A stretch of 64,000 nt of DNA from Thermodesulfobacteriota bacterium (lineage in GTDB: Bacteria; Desulfobacterota_D; UBA1144; Nemesobacterales; Nemesobacteraceae). The translations under genes and the position numbers were made by a program. This document shows positions 9,179-19,017 of the stretch, piece after piece; the first letter of the stretch is position 1, and every line of letters starts with the position of its first letter. The stretch lies in NCBI GenBank assembly GCA_965202785.1, contig OZ241855.1, positions 1,280,001 through 1,344,000 of the forward strand, written 5' to 3'. The notes under the pieces are model-generated. The model saw only the letters and a program-made list of their open reading frames with translations. It searched no databases and was not told the origin of the DNA.

Positions 9179-10265
9179 CTTCAATCTTTCATCGGCGGCG
9201 CTCGCCGGGGAGGCCATGTTCGAAGCCGCGATAATGGTGTTCGTGTTCGTCTTGGTCCTGTTCGCCGGGTCGATGGTGCTGCCTGGACGCACCGGGTCAG
9301 GGCCGGATATTGAAGGTAAACAGCAGGTTTATAAACTCAACGGTCTCACCTTGTTCCTGAGTGTGGTGGTGCTCTGTTGCCTCGCCCAGGTCTTCGGCCT
9401 GTTCTCGCTGTCTACCATACATGACCGATTCGCCGCGTTGTTTGTCGTGGCAAACGGATTTGCCTTTGTTTTGGCCGCCTTGCTCTATCTGTCGGGACGG
9501 CGCGCCCGTGGCGCGGTGCCGGGGACGGGGCGTGGGTTCTTCTTAGGCCTGGATCACACCCCTAATTGGCTGGGAGTGGACCTTAAGCTGTTTAGCTACC
9601 GTCCCTCGCTCGTGGCGCTTGCCCTCATCAACGCATCGTTCGCCGTGGTGCAATACGAAAAGTACGGTGAGCTGACGTTGGCGATGGCGGTGTACCAGCT
9701 TCTCACTTTCCTGTATCTCTTCAACTACTTCCAGTTTGAATACGGCATGACTTATACCTGGGACATGATCAGCGAGCGCTTTGGATGGCTGTTGATATGG
9801 GGTGATTACGTGTTAGTGCCATTTTTCTACTGCCTGCCCGGCTGGTGGCTCATTCACTCACCGGATTCCCTCTCCACAGCCGGCGCCACCGCGATCATTC
9901 TGTTGTTCCTGTTCGGAGGCTGGATATTCCGGGGCGCAAACGAACAGAAGCACCGCTTCAAGCTGGATTCCAAGGCGATGATCTGGGGCAAGCCGGCCGA
10001 ATCCCTGGAAGGTCGTCTGCTGGTTTCGGGCTTTTGGGGTGTCGGACGACATCTCAACTATACAGGCGAGATCCTCATCTACTTCGCCTTTACGTTTACT
10101 ACCGGGTTCGGGTCCTGGGTGCCGTATCTGCTTCCCGTGTGGCTCGTCGTTCTGTTGTGGCATCGATCGAGACGCGACGACCGCCGTTGCCGCGCGAAGT
10201 ACGGTCGGCTTTGGGAACTGTACACCCAGCGGGTACGCTACATCCTGATCCCGTTTATCTACTGA
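9171..10265 (+). CDS. ERG4/ERG24-family sterol reductase (Delta14-reductase-like)
   Basis: YKLNGL, DLKLFSYRP, WDMISERFGWLLIWGD, GANEQKHRFK, LLVSGFWGVGRHLNYTGE, RDDRRCRAKYG; GGAGG RBS before ATG 9171. Confidence 0.9.
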   Translation: MVDFNLSSAALAGEAMFEAAIMVFVFVLVLFAGSMVLPGRTGSGPDIEGKQQVYKLNGLTLFLSVVVLCCLAQVFGLFSLSTIHDRFAALFVVANGFAFVLAALLYLSGRRARGAVPGTGRGFFLGLDHTPNWLGVDLKLFSYRPSLVALALINASFAVVQYEKYGELTLAMAVYQLLTFLYLFNYFQFEYGMTYTWDMISERFGWLLIWGDYVLVPFFYCLPGWWLIHSPDSLSTAGATAIILLFLFGGWIFRGANEQKHRFKLDSKAMIWGKPAESLEGRLLVSGFWGVGRHLNYTGEILIYFAFTFTTGFGSWVPYLLPVWLVVLLWHRSRRDDRRCRAKYGRLWELYTQRVRYILIPFIY

Positions 10266-10278
10266 GGGGTTCTGGTTT

Positions 10279-10416
10279 ATGTTGCGTAGCGATTTCCGTA
10301 AGCCGGGCGAGAGGGTTCCAGAGCTTTCCGGTGGGTGGCCGTTTATCGGCCACCTCCCGGAGTTCCAGAAGGATCCGGTCGCCCTGCTGAGCCGTGGCGC
10401 CCAGCGACACCTCGGA
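10279..10416 (+). pseudogene. N-terminal stub of a CYP51-like cytochrome P450
   Basis: VPELSGGWPFIGHLPEFQKDPVALLSRG resembles bacterial CYP51 N-termini; it breaks after ~46 codons at an IS remnant. Confidence 0.6.
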
Positions 10417-10590
10417 AATCAACTCTTTGTAAGTCAATCCTCTCTCCACAACGCCACCGATCGATTCTTTAATCTGTTCCATCGTATCCAACTGGCGGAC
10501 GTTTGTGCGACCCGCAAACTCATCAAGATATTTCTGAAAATGTTTAGCCGATATTTTGTGATAGGTTCAGGAGTAACCCCGCTTGAGCAG
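10413..10590 (-). mobile_element. IS1595-family transposase C-terminal remnant
   Basis: Reverse strand reads LLKRGYS*TYHKISAKHFQKYLDEFAGRTNVRQLDTMEQIKESIGGVVERGLTYKELI. Confidence 0.8.
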
Positions 10591-10827
10591 GTGCATGCTT
10601 TTCTCGAAGCCTTGCCGCGATGGTTTGAATCTCTCGTTCCCTCGGTGCGGTTGCATGAGACGGCTTTCGAAATGGTATGCGTTCTCGGTCACCCGGTCTA
10701 CGATTGCCAGTACCTCGCACTTGCGGAGAGGGAGGAAATCCGTATGATCACAGCGGACAGCCTTTTCGTCAACAGGGTCCGCCGTTCACGATGGAGAGAC
10801 CGGATCGAGAACTTGGGCGGAGACTGA
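10591..10827 (+). pseudogene. C-terminal fragment of a VapC/PIN-domain toxin
   Basis: AFEM...GHPVYDCQYLALAERE..MITADSLF is a PIN-domain C-terminal motif; the N-terminus is missing. Confidence 0.7.
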
Positions 10828-10835
10828 ATCTAGGG

Positions 10836-11678
10836 ATGACGCTTCTAAAAAATCTCTCGGGGTTCCTGAGAATAGAACATACGTTTTTTTCCCTTCCGGT
10901 TATCTTCGCGGGAGCTTTTCTTGCCGCCGGCGGGATATTCAGCGCCCGGCTTTTCGTGCTGATAGTGCTCGCGGGAACGGGGGCGAGGACCGCTGCGCTT
11001 GCGCTTAACAGGATCTTTGACCGGGAAATAGATCGAGAGAACCCGAGAACCATGCGGAGAGAACTTCCCTCGGGCAGGATGAACATGGTCGAGGCTTTGG
11101 CCGTGGCGGCTGTGGGAGCCCTGCTCTACTTTGTCTCCGCCTATCTCATATGTCCGCTTGTATTCCTCCTCTCCCCGCTTCCGCTTGTGGCGTTTACGGT
11201 CTATCCCTTGATGAAGAGATTTACCAGCCTCTGTCATTTCGGCGTGGGACTCTCTCTCGCGCTCGGTCCGCTCGGCGGATGGCTTGCCGTGAGGTGTTCC
11301 CTCGAGGAGATGCTTCCGGCAGTCGTGCTTTCGGTTTTTACTTTCCTCTGGATTTCGGGCTTTGACATAATATACGCCACCGCCGACGAGGAGTTTGACC
11401 GCCGCCGCGGAATTTACTCGCTTGTTGCCCGTTTCGGCAGGCAGAGGGCGCTGCTTGTCTCGAGGGTCTCTCACCTGCTTTCGTTCGCCTGCCTCGTGTT
11501 TCTCTATCTTCTTTCGTTCCGGACCCTGTCTGCACTTTTGCCGCTCTTGCTCTGCGGCTACCTGCTTTACCTTGAGCACAGAAGCTTCGGGCAGGTTGAT
11601 TCCGCTTTTTTCAGAACCAACATCCTGATAGGTTTTGCGGTTTTGTTTTTCACCCTCGCGGGTATATACTTACCCTAA
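10836..11678 (+). CDS. UbiA-family prenyltransferase of the futalosine pathway (MqnP-like)
   Basis: RIEHTFFSLP, NRIFDREIDRENPRT.RELPSG, GFDIIYATADEEFD; the likely start is ATG 10836. Confidence 0.88.
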   Translation: MTLLKNLSGFLRIEHTFFSLPVIFAGAFLAAGGIFSARLFVLIVLAGTGARTAALALNRIFDREIDRENPRTMRRELPSGRMNMVEALAVAAVGALLYFVSAYLICPLVFLLSPLPLVAFTVYPLMKRFTSLCHFGVGLSLALGPLGGWLAVRCSLEEMLPAVVLSVFTFLWISGFDIIYATADEEFDRRRGIYSLVARFGRQRALLVSRVSHLLSFACLVFLYLLSFRTLSALLPLLLCGYLLYLEHRSFGQVDSAFFRTNILIGFAVLFFTLAGIYLP

Positions 11679-11680
11679 CC

Positions 11681-12232
11681 ATGAGAACCATAGTAGGAAT
11701 TACTGGAGCTTCCGGAGTCGCCTACGGAGTTGATTTTCTCAGAAGATGCCCCGACGAGAAATACCTGGTGGCAAGCAAGTGGGGAAAGAGGGTCCTTCAC
11801 GAGGAACTCGGCCTCAAGGTTGAGGAAATGCGCCCCTGGGTAACCGATATTTACAGTGATTCTGACCTCGCGTCCCCGTTCTCTTCGGGAAGCAACCATT
11901 TCGACTCCATGGTCATAGTGCCCTGTTCGGTTTCCACCCTGGCGAAAATCGCAAACGGCATAGCCGATACCCTGATAACGAGAATAGCCGCCGTGGCGCT
12001 AAAGGAAAAAAGAAGGCTCATAATCGCCCTGCGCGAGACGCCGCTTGGCACTATCGCCCTTGAAAACGCCCTTAAGCTCTCCCGCGAGGGAGTGGTGATC
12101 GCTCCTATTTCTCCTACTGATTACATGGGGGCCGAGTCGGTTTCAGACGTGGTGGGCGGTTATGTTGACAAGCTTTTGGGTCTTGTCGGCGTCGATACCG
12201 GCAGGGGATGGAAAAGGGAAGAACTGGAGTAG
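11681..12232 (+). CDS. ubiX: Flavin prenyltransferase UbiX
   Basis: VGITGASG, SSGS, PCSVSTLAKIANG, LRETPL. Confidence 0.93.
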   Translation: MRTIVGITGASGVAYGVDFLRRCPDEKYLVASKWGKRVLHEELGLKVEEMRPWVTDIYSDSDLASPFSSGSNHFDSMVIVPCSVSTLAKIANGIADTLITRIAAVALKEKRRLIIALRETPLGTIALENALKLSREGVVIAPISPTDYMGAESVSDVVGGYVDKLLGLVGVDTGRGWKREELE

Positions 12233-12241
12233 CCTTTTCCC

Positions 12242-14017
12242 ATGCCCCCAAAAGGTTTTCCCAATCTAGAAAGCTTTATAAGCCATCTTGAAAGCATAGG
12301 CGACCTGAAGAGAATAAAGACCGAGGTCTCTCCCGATCTTGAGATAACGGAGATAGCGTCGCGGACGGTGAAGGAAGGCGGTCCCGCTCTTCTGTTTGAA
12401 AATGTCGAGGGATCGGACTTTCCCCTGGTGATAAACCTCTTTGGCACGGAGCAGAGAGTGGAGCTTGCTCTCGGCAGAAAGCCCTCGGATGTCGGCGAGG
12501 AGCTCGTCGAGATATTCCGCAAGGTGAATCCTCCGACGATACAGGGGATTTTTTCCGTGCTTCCGAAAGCCACAGGCCTTCTCTCCATGAGAACCAAGAA
12601 GGTAAGGCGCGGCGATGTTCAGCAGATTGAAACAGAACCCGATCTCTCCAGGCTTCCCGTTATGAAATCCTGGCCGCGCGACGGAGGAAAATTCGTCACT
12701 TTCGGCCTGGTGCTGACGAGGGACCCCGCCACGGGCTCTAGAAACCTCGGGATCTACAGGCTTCAGGTATATGACCGCAGGACCACCGGGATGCACTGGC
12801 ACGCGCACAAGGGAGGAGCGGCGCACTACCACGAGGCGAAAAAACTGGGAAGAGACCTGGAGGCCGCGGTAGTCCTCGGGGGGGACCCGAGGATGATCTT
12901 CTCCGCGGTTGCTCCGCTTCCCGACGGCATGGATGAGCTTGCGTTTGCGAGCTATCTTCGGGGAAGCCCGATGCCGATGGTAAAAGGAAAGAGCATCTCG
13001 CTTCACGTTCCTGCCGAGGCGGAATTCATACTGGAAGGCTCAGTTCCCAGGGACGTGCTGAGACAGGAAGGACCCTTCGGGGATCATTTCGGTCACTACT
13101 CGATGGAGGCCGATTTCCCCGTTTTTAACCTGAGCGAAATAACCCACAGAAGAAATCCTGTTTATCCTTCCATCGTGGTCGGCAAACCCCCCAAGGAGGA
13201 TGTCTACCTTGGTATTGCCGCCGGCGAGATGTTCTCCCCGCTTATACGGATAATACAGCCCGAGGTAAAGGACATGTGGGCGTATCCCGAGGCGGGATTT
13301 CACAACCTTCTCGCTGTTTCCGTTGACGAGCGCTATCCCAAGGGCGGGATAAAGGCAATGCTGGCGCTCTGGGGAACGGGGCAGCTTCTTCTCACAAAGT
13401 GCATGGTCTGCGTTTCAAGCGACGTTGACCCGAGAGATTTCTCGGCGGTGCTTCACGAGATCGGGGAGAACTTCGATCCCAGGGAGGATTTCCTCATGAT
13501 ACAGTGGGCTCCCCTCGACACCCTTGACTTCACGAGCAACAAGTTCAACGTGGGAAGCAAGATGGGAATAAACGCCGTAAGGAAAAACTCCCCCGAGAGA
13601 AAAACCTACGCCAGGGAAGTTCCCGACCCTAGGGAAAAACACCCGGAGATAACGGGATTCAGGCTTCTTTCGGGAGGTTTCTGCGTCGTGCGGGTAGATG
13701 AGTCCCGGACTGACCCCAAGGGGATGATACGCAGGCTGTTCGATACTCCGGGGCTTGAGGGGGTGCGCATAATCGCGCTTGTGAGCCCGGATATAGATTT
13801 AAATGATGACACGGAGCTTATCTGGGGTATCTTTACTAGGTTCGATCCTTACCTGGATGTTCTGTTTGAACATACGGAGCTTCGTGGTTCGGCGGTCGTT
13901 TACGACGGCAGGATGGGGATTGACGCCACCGTGAAGCATTGGTATCCCCCGGTAATAGAGATGTCAGAGGATATAAAGGACAAGGTTGAGACGAGATGGA
14001 GCGAGTACTGGAACTGA
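12242..14017 (+). CDS. UbiD-family menaquinone biosynthesis decarboxylase
   Basis: LEITEIA, NLGIYRLQ, EGPFGDHFGHYS, VGKPPKED; lies next to ubiX and mqnE. Confidence 0.92.
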   Translation: MPPKGFPNLESFISHLESIGDLKRIKTEVSPDLEITEIASRTVKEGGPALLFENVEGSDFPLVINLFGTEQRVELALGRKPSDVGEELVEIFRKVNPPTIQGIFSVLPKATGLLSMRTKKVRRGDVQQIETEPDLSRLPVMKSWPRDGGKFVTFGLVLTRDPATGSRNLGIYRLQVYDRRTTGMHWHAHKGGAAHYHEAKKLGRDLEAAVVLGGDPRMIFSAVAPLPDGMDELAFASYLRGSPMPMVKGKSISLHVPAEAEFILEGSVPRDVLRQEGPFGDHFGHYSMEADFPVFNLSEITHRRNPVYPSIVVGKPPKEDVYLGIAAGEMFSPLIRIIQPEVKDMWAYPEAGFHNLLAVSVDERYPKGGIKAMLALWGTGQLLLTKCMVCVSSDVDPRDFSAVLHEIGENFDPREDFLMIQWAPLDTLDFTSNKFNVGSKMGINAVRKNSPERKTYAREVPDPREKHPEITGFRLLSGGFCVVRVDESRTDPKGMIRRLFDTPGLEGVRIIALVSPDIDLNDDTELIWGIFTRFDPYLDVLFEHTELRGSAVVYDGRMGIDATVKHWYPPVIEMSEDIKDKVETRWSEYWN

Positions 14018-15102
14018 CCGAGAGCTTCTGCACAGACCCGAACCTGCTTCCCATAATGGAGAAGGTCGCCGGGGGCCGCAGGCTTTCCTTTGAAGACGGG
14101 CTTTCGATACTTGGTTCCCCCGATCTTAACACCGTCGGCAGGATGGCGGATTACGTTAAGAGAAAGAAATCGGGAGAAAAGGTCTATTTCGTCGTGAACC
14201 GCCACATAAATCCTTCCAACATATGCGCCATATCGTGCCGGTTCTGCGCTTTCGGGACCACGAAAAAGTCCGCAAACGCCTATGAGCTCTCAGACGAGCA
14301 GATGCTTTCCATGCTGAGCGAGGAGATGAAGGAAGTTCACATAGTCGGTGGACTTCACCCCGACTGGGAGTTCGATCATTATCTGGACATAGTGAAGATG
14401 ATAAAGCGCCACTTTCCGAGCATTCACGTAAAAGCTTTCACCGCGGTTGAGATCGACTGGTTCTCGGAGATAAGCGGCCTTTCTCTTAAGGATGTGCTTC
14501 TCGCCCTTCAAGACGCGGGCGTTGACGCACTTACGGGCGGGGGAGCGGAGATACTGCACGAAGAGGTGAGAAAGAAGATCTGCGCGCCGAAAACGGTTGC
14601 GACAAGATGGGAGGAAATCCACCGCCTGGCTCACACGCTCGGCATCCCTACGAACGCCACCATACTCTACGGCCATCTTGAAAAGCCTTTCCACGTTGTT
14701 GACCACATGGAGAGGCTGAGAAGAATAGAGGACGAATCCCCGGGCTTTTTCGCGTTCATCCCCGTTCTTTTCCAGCCTGAGAACACGGGTCTTAAGGACA
14801 TAAAGCCTTTCCCAGCCTCATACGATATGAAGGTTCACGCGCTTGCGAGGCTCTATCTTGACAACTTCCCTCACATAAAGTCCTACTGGATCACCCTCGG
14901 CGAAAAAGCGGCCCAGGTGGCCCTGCATTACGGCGCGAGCGACGCGGACGGAACGATAATGAGGGAGAAGATCATCCACGACGCGGGCGCCCCTTCGGAA
15001 GTGGGTCACAGCAGGGATTTCATGATAAAGATGATCCGGGATTCGGGATACGTTCCCGTTGAGAGGGACGCGCTTTATAACGAAATAAGGGTGTACAACT
15101 GA
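13996..15102 (+). CDS. mqnE: Aminofutalosine synthase MqnE (radical SAM)
   Basis: NRHINPSNICAISCRFCAF, EVHIVGGLHP, KAFTAVEI, LDNFPHIKSYW. Confidence 0.88.
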   Translation: MERVLELTESFCTDPNLLPIMEKVAGGRRLSFEDGLSILGSPDLNTVGRMADYVKRKKSGEKVYFVVNRHINPSNICAISCRFCAFGTTKKSANAYELSDEQMLSMLSEEMKEVHIVGGLHPDWEFDHYLDIVKMIKRHFPSIHVKAFTAVEIDWFSEISGLSLKDVLLALQDAGVDALTGGGAEILHEEVRKKICAPKTVATRWEEIHRLAHTLGIPTNATILYGHLEKPFHVVDHMERLRRIEDESPGFFAFIPVLFQPENTGLKDIKPFPASYDMKVHALARLYLDNFPHIKSYWITLGEKAAQVALHYGASDADGTIMREKIIHDAGAPSEVGHSRDFMIKMIRDSGYVPVERDALYNEIRVYN

Positions 15103-15171
15103 TAAATAAGTTCCAGTGAAACTAAACAACTTTCGAAGAAGAGTTATATCAAAAATCACGAGTGAGACTAG

Positions 15172-17559
15172 ATGAGCACACAGATTAGACAAATTCTTTT
15201 TAGACGTATATCAGCTATTGAGTCTGACCTTCGAAATTTCATAAGGGAAAACCTGCCAGATTCTTTCCTTGAGGATGAAAATATTGCTTCAAGGGTAAAG
15301 AAACGTTATTTGAGGGAAAAAGGGGCGGATTCAAACGGAGGTTTGGAGCTTGTGGATTTCTTAGACTTTGGAGATACGTATCAAATACTGTTATCAAAAA
15401 AGGATGAACTTAGAAAAGATATAGTAAAAGAACTTTTAAAACACAGAAAAGACCTAGAATCAATAGCTTCTATTCGAAACCGTGTTATGCATGTTAGACC
15501 ATTAGAGGCGGATGATTACTACACTGTCGATAATTTTGTACAAAAAGTTTCTGGGAATATATGGCCAGAAAGTAGAAAAAGTTCAAAGATATCCGATCTA
15601 GATCCTACTATTACAAAGATCAAAAAGGAGGAAGAGGACAGAATATGTCACAATTTGCCATATTCAGATTTTGATGAGACTGGTTTCATAGGAAGGAAAA
15701 AAGATGTTCAAGAATTAAAGGATTTGCTGTATACAGAATATCCAAGAATTATCACGTTATTCGGCGAAGGTGGAGTTGGCAAGACTGCCTTGATGCTGAA
15801 AACGGCTTATGAAATTATAGATGATGAGAGGTGTCCATTTGGTTATGTAGTTTGGGTGACTTGTAAAACTAAAGTACTGACGAACAATGGAATTGAAGAA
15901 ATAGAAAGTGCTATAAAGAATTTTAAATCCATGACTCAGAAAATTGACTCCAACTTCAGAAATGCACCACAGACGACGACACTAGATGAAATTACAGAAT
16001 CTATCCTAAGAGACACAAAAGAAGTTAAGACTCTGTTAATTCTAGATAATTTTGAAACTATACAATTACAAAAAGAAGTGAAAGATTTCTTGTATAAGTA
16101 CACACAATTTGGGAAAGTTGCTATTACTTCAAGAATGAAATTAGGAGAACAGGACCTTCCTAGAAGGCTTGAACCGATGACAAAGCAGGAAGCTGGAAAA
16201 CTTCTTCGAGACTTTGCACGTCTTCTTAATGTGGAAATCCTATATAAACTCAACCCAGAAAAGATAGAAAAATATGCTAAAGAACTTTCGTTAAACCCTC
16301 TTGGTATTAAGTGGTTTGTCCAATCGGTTGCGAGTGGGAGTTCTCCAGATGACGTTATTAATAATAAGGATATTCTCCTAGATTATTGCCTTTCTAACGT
16401 ATACAAAAAATTAAGTGACGAACAAAGAGCCTTTTTGCATGTAATACTGGTAAACCGCAAACCTACCAGTAAAGAAGAACTCCTGTTCTATACAGAAAGA
16501 GAAAATGACATCAGAGTTGACGAGTCTCTACAAAAATTAGAAACCACATCTTTCATAAGAATTAACTATGCAGAGGATGCAGATGAATATCTTTATGATA
16601 TAACAGACTTCGCTCGAGAGTATGTAGTAAAAAAAGACCCTCCAAATGAAGAGCTTTATAAGGAGATAAGAGAGAAACAGAATAAAGCGAGTGGGCTAAG
16701 AGAAAATATGAGGCGTAAAAGGCTATATGAAACAAGCTGCATAGAGATTCGTAAGGAATCTGAATCATTTTTAGCAATCAAATTAGACGAAGCCCTTAAG
16801 TATTCTGCAGAAGCACGATCGAAAAAACCTCCAAAGACCCCAGAAGCCAAAGAGGAACTCCATGAGAAAGCTACGAAGAAGGCAAAGGAGGTTCAAGAAA
16901 TACAACCGAGATACGTTGAAGCGTATAGAATTTCCGCATTTATTTATGTCCAGAGAAGGAATAATGCTGCCGCTGAGTCAGAGTATCAAAAAGCATTAGA
17001 AATAGAACCCAAGAACCCAAGAATCCTCTATGGATATGCTGGATTTTTGCTAAGATATCTAAACAGCCCAGAAAAAGCAAAAGAATATGCTGTGGAGGCT
17101 TTTTATGTAGACGAAAAGTCCTTCGCTACAAGACAACTTTATGCAAAATGTGTCGGGATTCTAGGAGAATATGATAGGGCAATAGAAATCCTCAAAAAAT
17201 TGATTGATGAAGAACATTCACGTCGTGAAAAAAACATAGCACTAACAGATGCCGTGGATTTTTATAAGCGTAAGGTACAACTTAAGAACTATACTGAAAG
17301 AGACTATCGGGAAGCTTGGAATGTTTTTCTTGAAGGAGTTTCTTTTTTTGAAGAAACTCAAGAGAAATTCAAACCAGACGCAGAAGCAAAGCAGGTATTA
17401 GTTGAACTATTATTAGGGGGAATGCAATGTAGAGAAGATATTGAAATATCCAAGCTGAAGAAGCTAATAGAAGCTTATATTGAACCAATAAGAAAACATA
17501 GAGAAGGGGTACGTCTCGAAGAATGGCACCACTCCAATAGTGTAATTGAGAAAATATGA
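15172..17559 (+). CDS. HEPN(Swt1-like)-NB-ARC/STAND ATPase-TPR protein, candidate antiphage NLR-like protein
   Basis: RNRVMH (RxxxxH), FIGRK, Walker A GEGGVGKT, Walker B LLILDNFE, ITSR sensor, NPLGI, C-terminal TPR-like helices; visibly AT-rich. Confidence 0.8.
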   Translation: MSTQIRQILFRRISAIESDLRNFIRENLPDSFLEDENIASRVKKRYLREKGADSNGGLELVDFLDFGDTYQILLSKKDELRKDIVKELLKHRKDLESIASIRNRVMHVRPLEADDYYTVDNFVQKVSGNIWPESRKSSKISDLDPTITKIKKEEEDRICHNLPYSDFDETGFIGRKKDVQELKDLLYTEYPRIITLFGEGGVGKTALMLKTAYEIIDDERCPFGYVVWVTCKTKVLTNNGIEEIESAIKNFKSMTQKIDSNFRNAPQTTTLDEITESILRDTKEVKTLLILDNFETIQLQKEVKDFLYKYTQFGKVAITSRMKLGEQDLPRRLEPMTKQEAGKLLRDFARLLNVEILYKLNPEKIEKYAKELSLNPLGIKWFVQSVASGSSPDDVINNKDILLDYCLSNVYKKLSDEQRAFLHVILVNRKPTSKEELLFYTERENDIRVDESLQKLETTSFIRINYAEDADEYLYDITDFAREYVVKKDPPNEELYKEIREKQNKASGLRENMRRKRLYETSCIEIRKESESFLAIKLDEALKYSAEARSKKPPKTPEAKEELHEKATKKAKEVQEIQPRYVEAYRISAFIYVQRRNNAAAESEYQKALEIEPKNPRILYGYAGFLLRYLNSPEKAKEYAVEAFYVDEKSFATRQLYAKCVGILGEYDRAIEILKKLIDEEHSRREKNIALTDAVDFYKRKVQLKNYTERDYREAWNVFLEGVSFFEETQEKFKPDAEAKQVLVELLLGGMQCREDIEISKLKKLIEAYIEPIRKHREGVRLEEWHHSNSVIEKI

Positions 17560-18212
17560 CATACAATTTTAAGCCTTGGATTTCGGTCAAAATCTTTTTT
17601 TTGCTTGTAGGCGTAATTTTTACAATATACAACGAAAGTGCCGCGGAGGTTAAAGACATGGAAAGCGGGAAAAACAGCGGTTACATGGAGGCGACTTTCG
17701 CCGGGGGATGCTTCTGGTGCATGGAGCCTCCTTTTGACAGTCTCAGCGGGGTTGTCGAAACGATAGTGGGCTACTCGGGGGGAAAGGAGAAAAACCCTAC
17801 CTACGAGCAGGTCTGGCAGGGCAGAACGGGCCACGCAGAAGCGATAAGGGTCGTTTACGATCCCGCGAAGATAGACTATGAAACGCTTCTTGAGACTTTC
17901 TGGATAAACATTGATCCGACCCAGGTGGACGGGCAGTTCGCCGACAGGGGAAGGCACTACAGAACCGCCATCTTCTACCATAACGATTCGCAGAAGGAAA
18001 AGGCTCTTCTTTCGAAAAAGAAACTCGAGGAGTCGGGAAAATTCAAAAAGCCGATAGTCACCTCGGTAGAGAAGTTCGTCTCTTTCTACAGGGCGGAGGA
18101 ATACCACCAGAATTACTACCAGAAAAACCCGATTCACTACGGCAATTACAAAATAGGTTCGGGAAGGGCAGGCTTTATTGAAAGGACCTGGGGGAAGCAG
18201 GATCTTCAGTGA
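17556..18212 (+). CDS. msrA: Peptide methionine sulfoxide reductase A
   Basis: FAGGCFWCME, GHAEA, AEEYHQNYY; start uncertain. Confidence 0.95.
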   Translation: MTYNFKPWISVKIFFLLVGVIFTIYNESAAEVKDMESGKNSGYMEATFAGGCFWCMEPPFDSLSGVVETIVGYSGGKEKNPTYEQVWQGRTGHAEAIRVVYDPAKIDYETLLETFWINIDPTQVDGQFADRGRHYRTAIFYHNDSQKEKALLSKKKLEESGKFKKPIVTSVEKFVSFYRAEEYHQNYYQKNPIHYGNYKIGSGRAGFIERTWGKQDLQ

Positions 18213-18279
18213 ACCGACAAACCCGAGGGATTTTCCTGAGTGAGCGGCCGTCACGCTAAAGAGATTTTATCCGGAACCG

Positions 18280-18960
18280 ATGACCGTTTACTTTCTCGAC
18301 TCCCGAATAAGATTTCCTGATCCATCCGAGGCGGAGCCAGATGGGCTTCTGGCGGTCGGAGGGAACCTTTCTCCCGAAAGGCTTCTTTTGGCCTACGAAA
18401 ACGGCATTTTCCCCTGGTATTCCGAGGGAAACCCCATTTTATGGTTTTCTCCCGACCCAAGAATGATTTTTCTCCCGGGGGATTTCAAGTTTTCAAAAAC
18501 GCTTTTAAAAACGGTCTCTTCCGGAAAATTCTCGGTAAGGGCCGATACGGATTTCGCCGCGGTTGTTGAGAACTGCGCGCAGGTCCAGAGGAAAGGGCAG
18601 AGCGGGACGTGGATAACCGAGGAGATGAAGGCGGCTTACGGGAAACTGCATGAATTGGGTTACGCTCATTCTTTTGAGACCTACCGGGAGGGAAGGCTTG
18701 TCGGCGGTCTTTACGGAGTGTCGCTCGGAGGTGCGTTTTTCGGAGAATCGATGTTTCACCTCGAAACCGACGCTTCCAAGGCGGCACTTTTCCACTTGGC
18801 GCGGAAATGCTGGAAATCCGGTTTTGATCTCATAGATTCCCAGGTTCCGACGGATCATATGAGGACTCTCGGAGGAAGAGAAATCAGCAGAAAGGAGTTT
18901 CTGTCCGCGCTTGAAACCTCTCTTGAGAAGAAGACCCTGCGCGGCAAGTGGGAGATCTGA
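18280..18960 (+). CDS. aat: Leucyl/phenylalanyl-tRNA-protein transferase
   Basis: DGLLAVGG.LSPERLL.AY.GIFPW, GGLYGV, FFGESMF, DASK. Confidence 0.95.
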   Translation: MTVYFLDSRIRFPDPSEAEPDGLLAVGGNLSPERLLLAYENGIFPWYSEGNPILWFSPDPRMIFLPGDFKFSKTLLKTVSSGKFSVRADTDFAAVVENCAQVQRKGQSGTWITEEMKAAYGKLHELGYAHSFETYREGRLVGGLYGVSLGGAFFGESMFHLETDASKAALFHLARKCWKSGFDLIDSQVPTDHMRTLGGREISRKEFLSALETSLEKKTLRGKWEI

Positions 18961-19017
18961 ACTGTCCCCAGTCCGACTAAATGACAGGGGCCGGAAAAGT
19001 GGTTAAAATCCTGCCTC

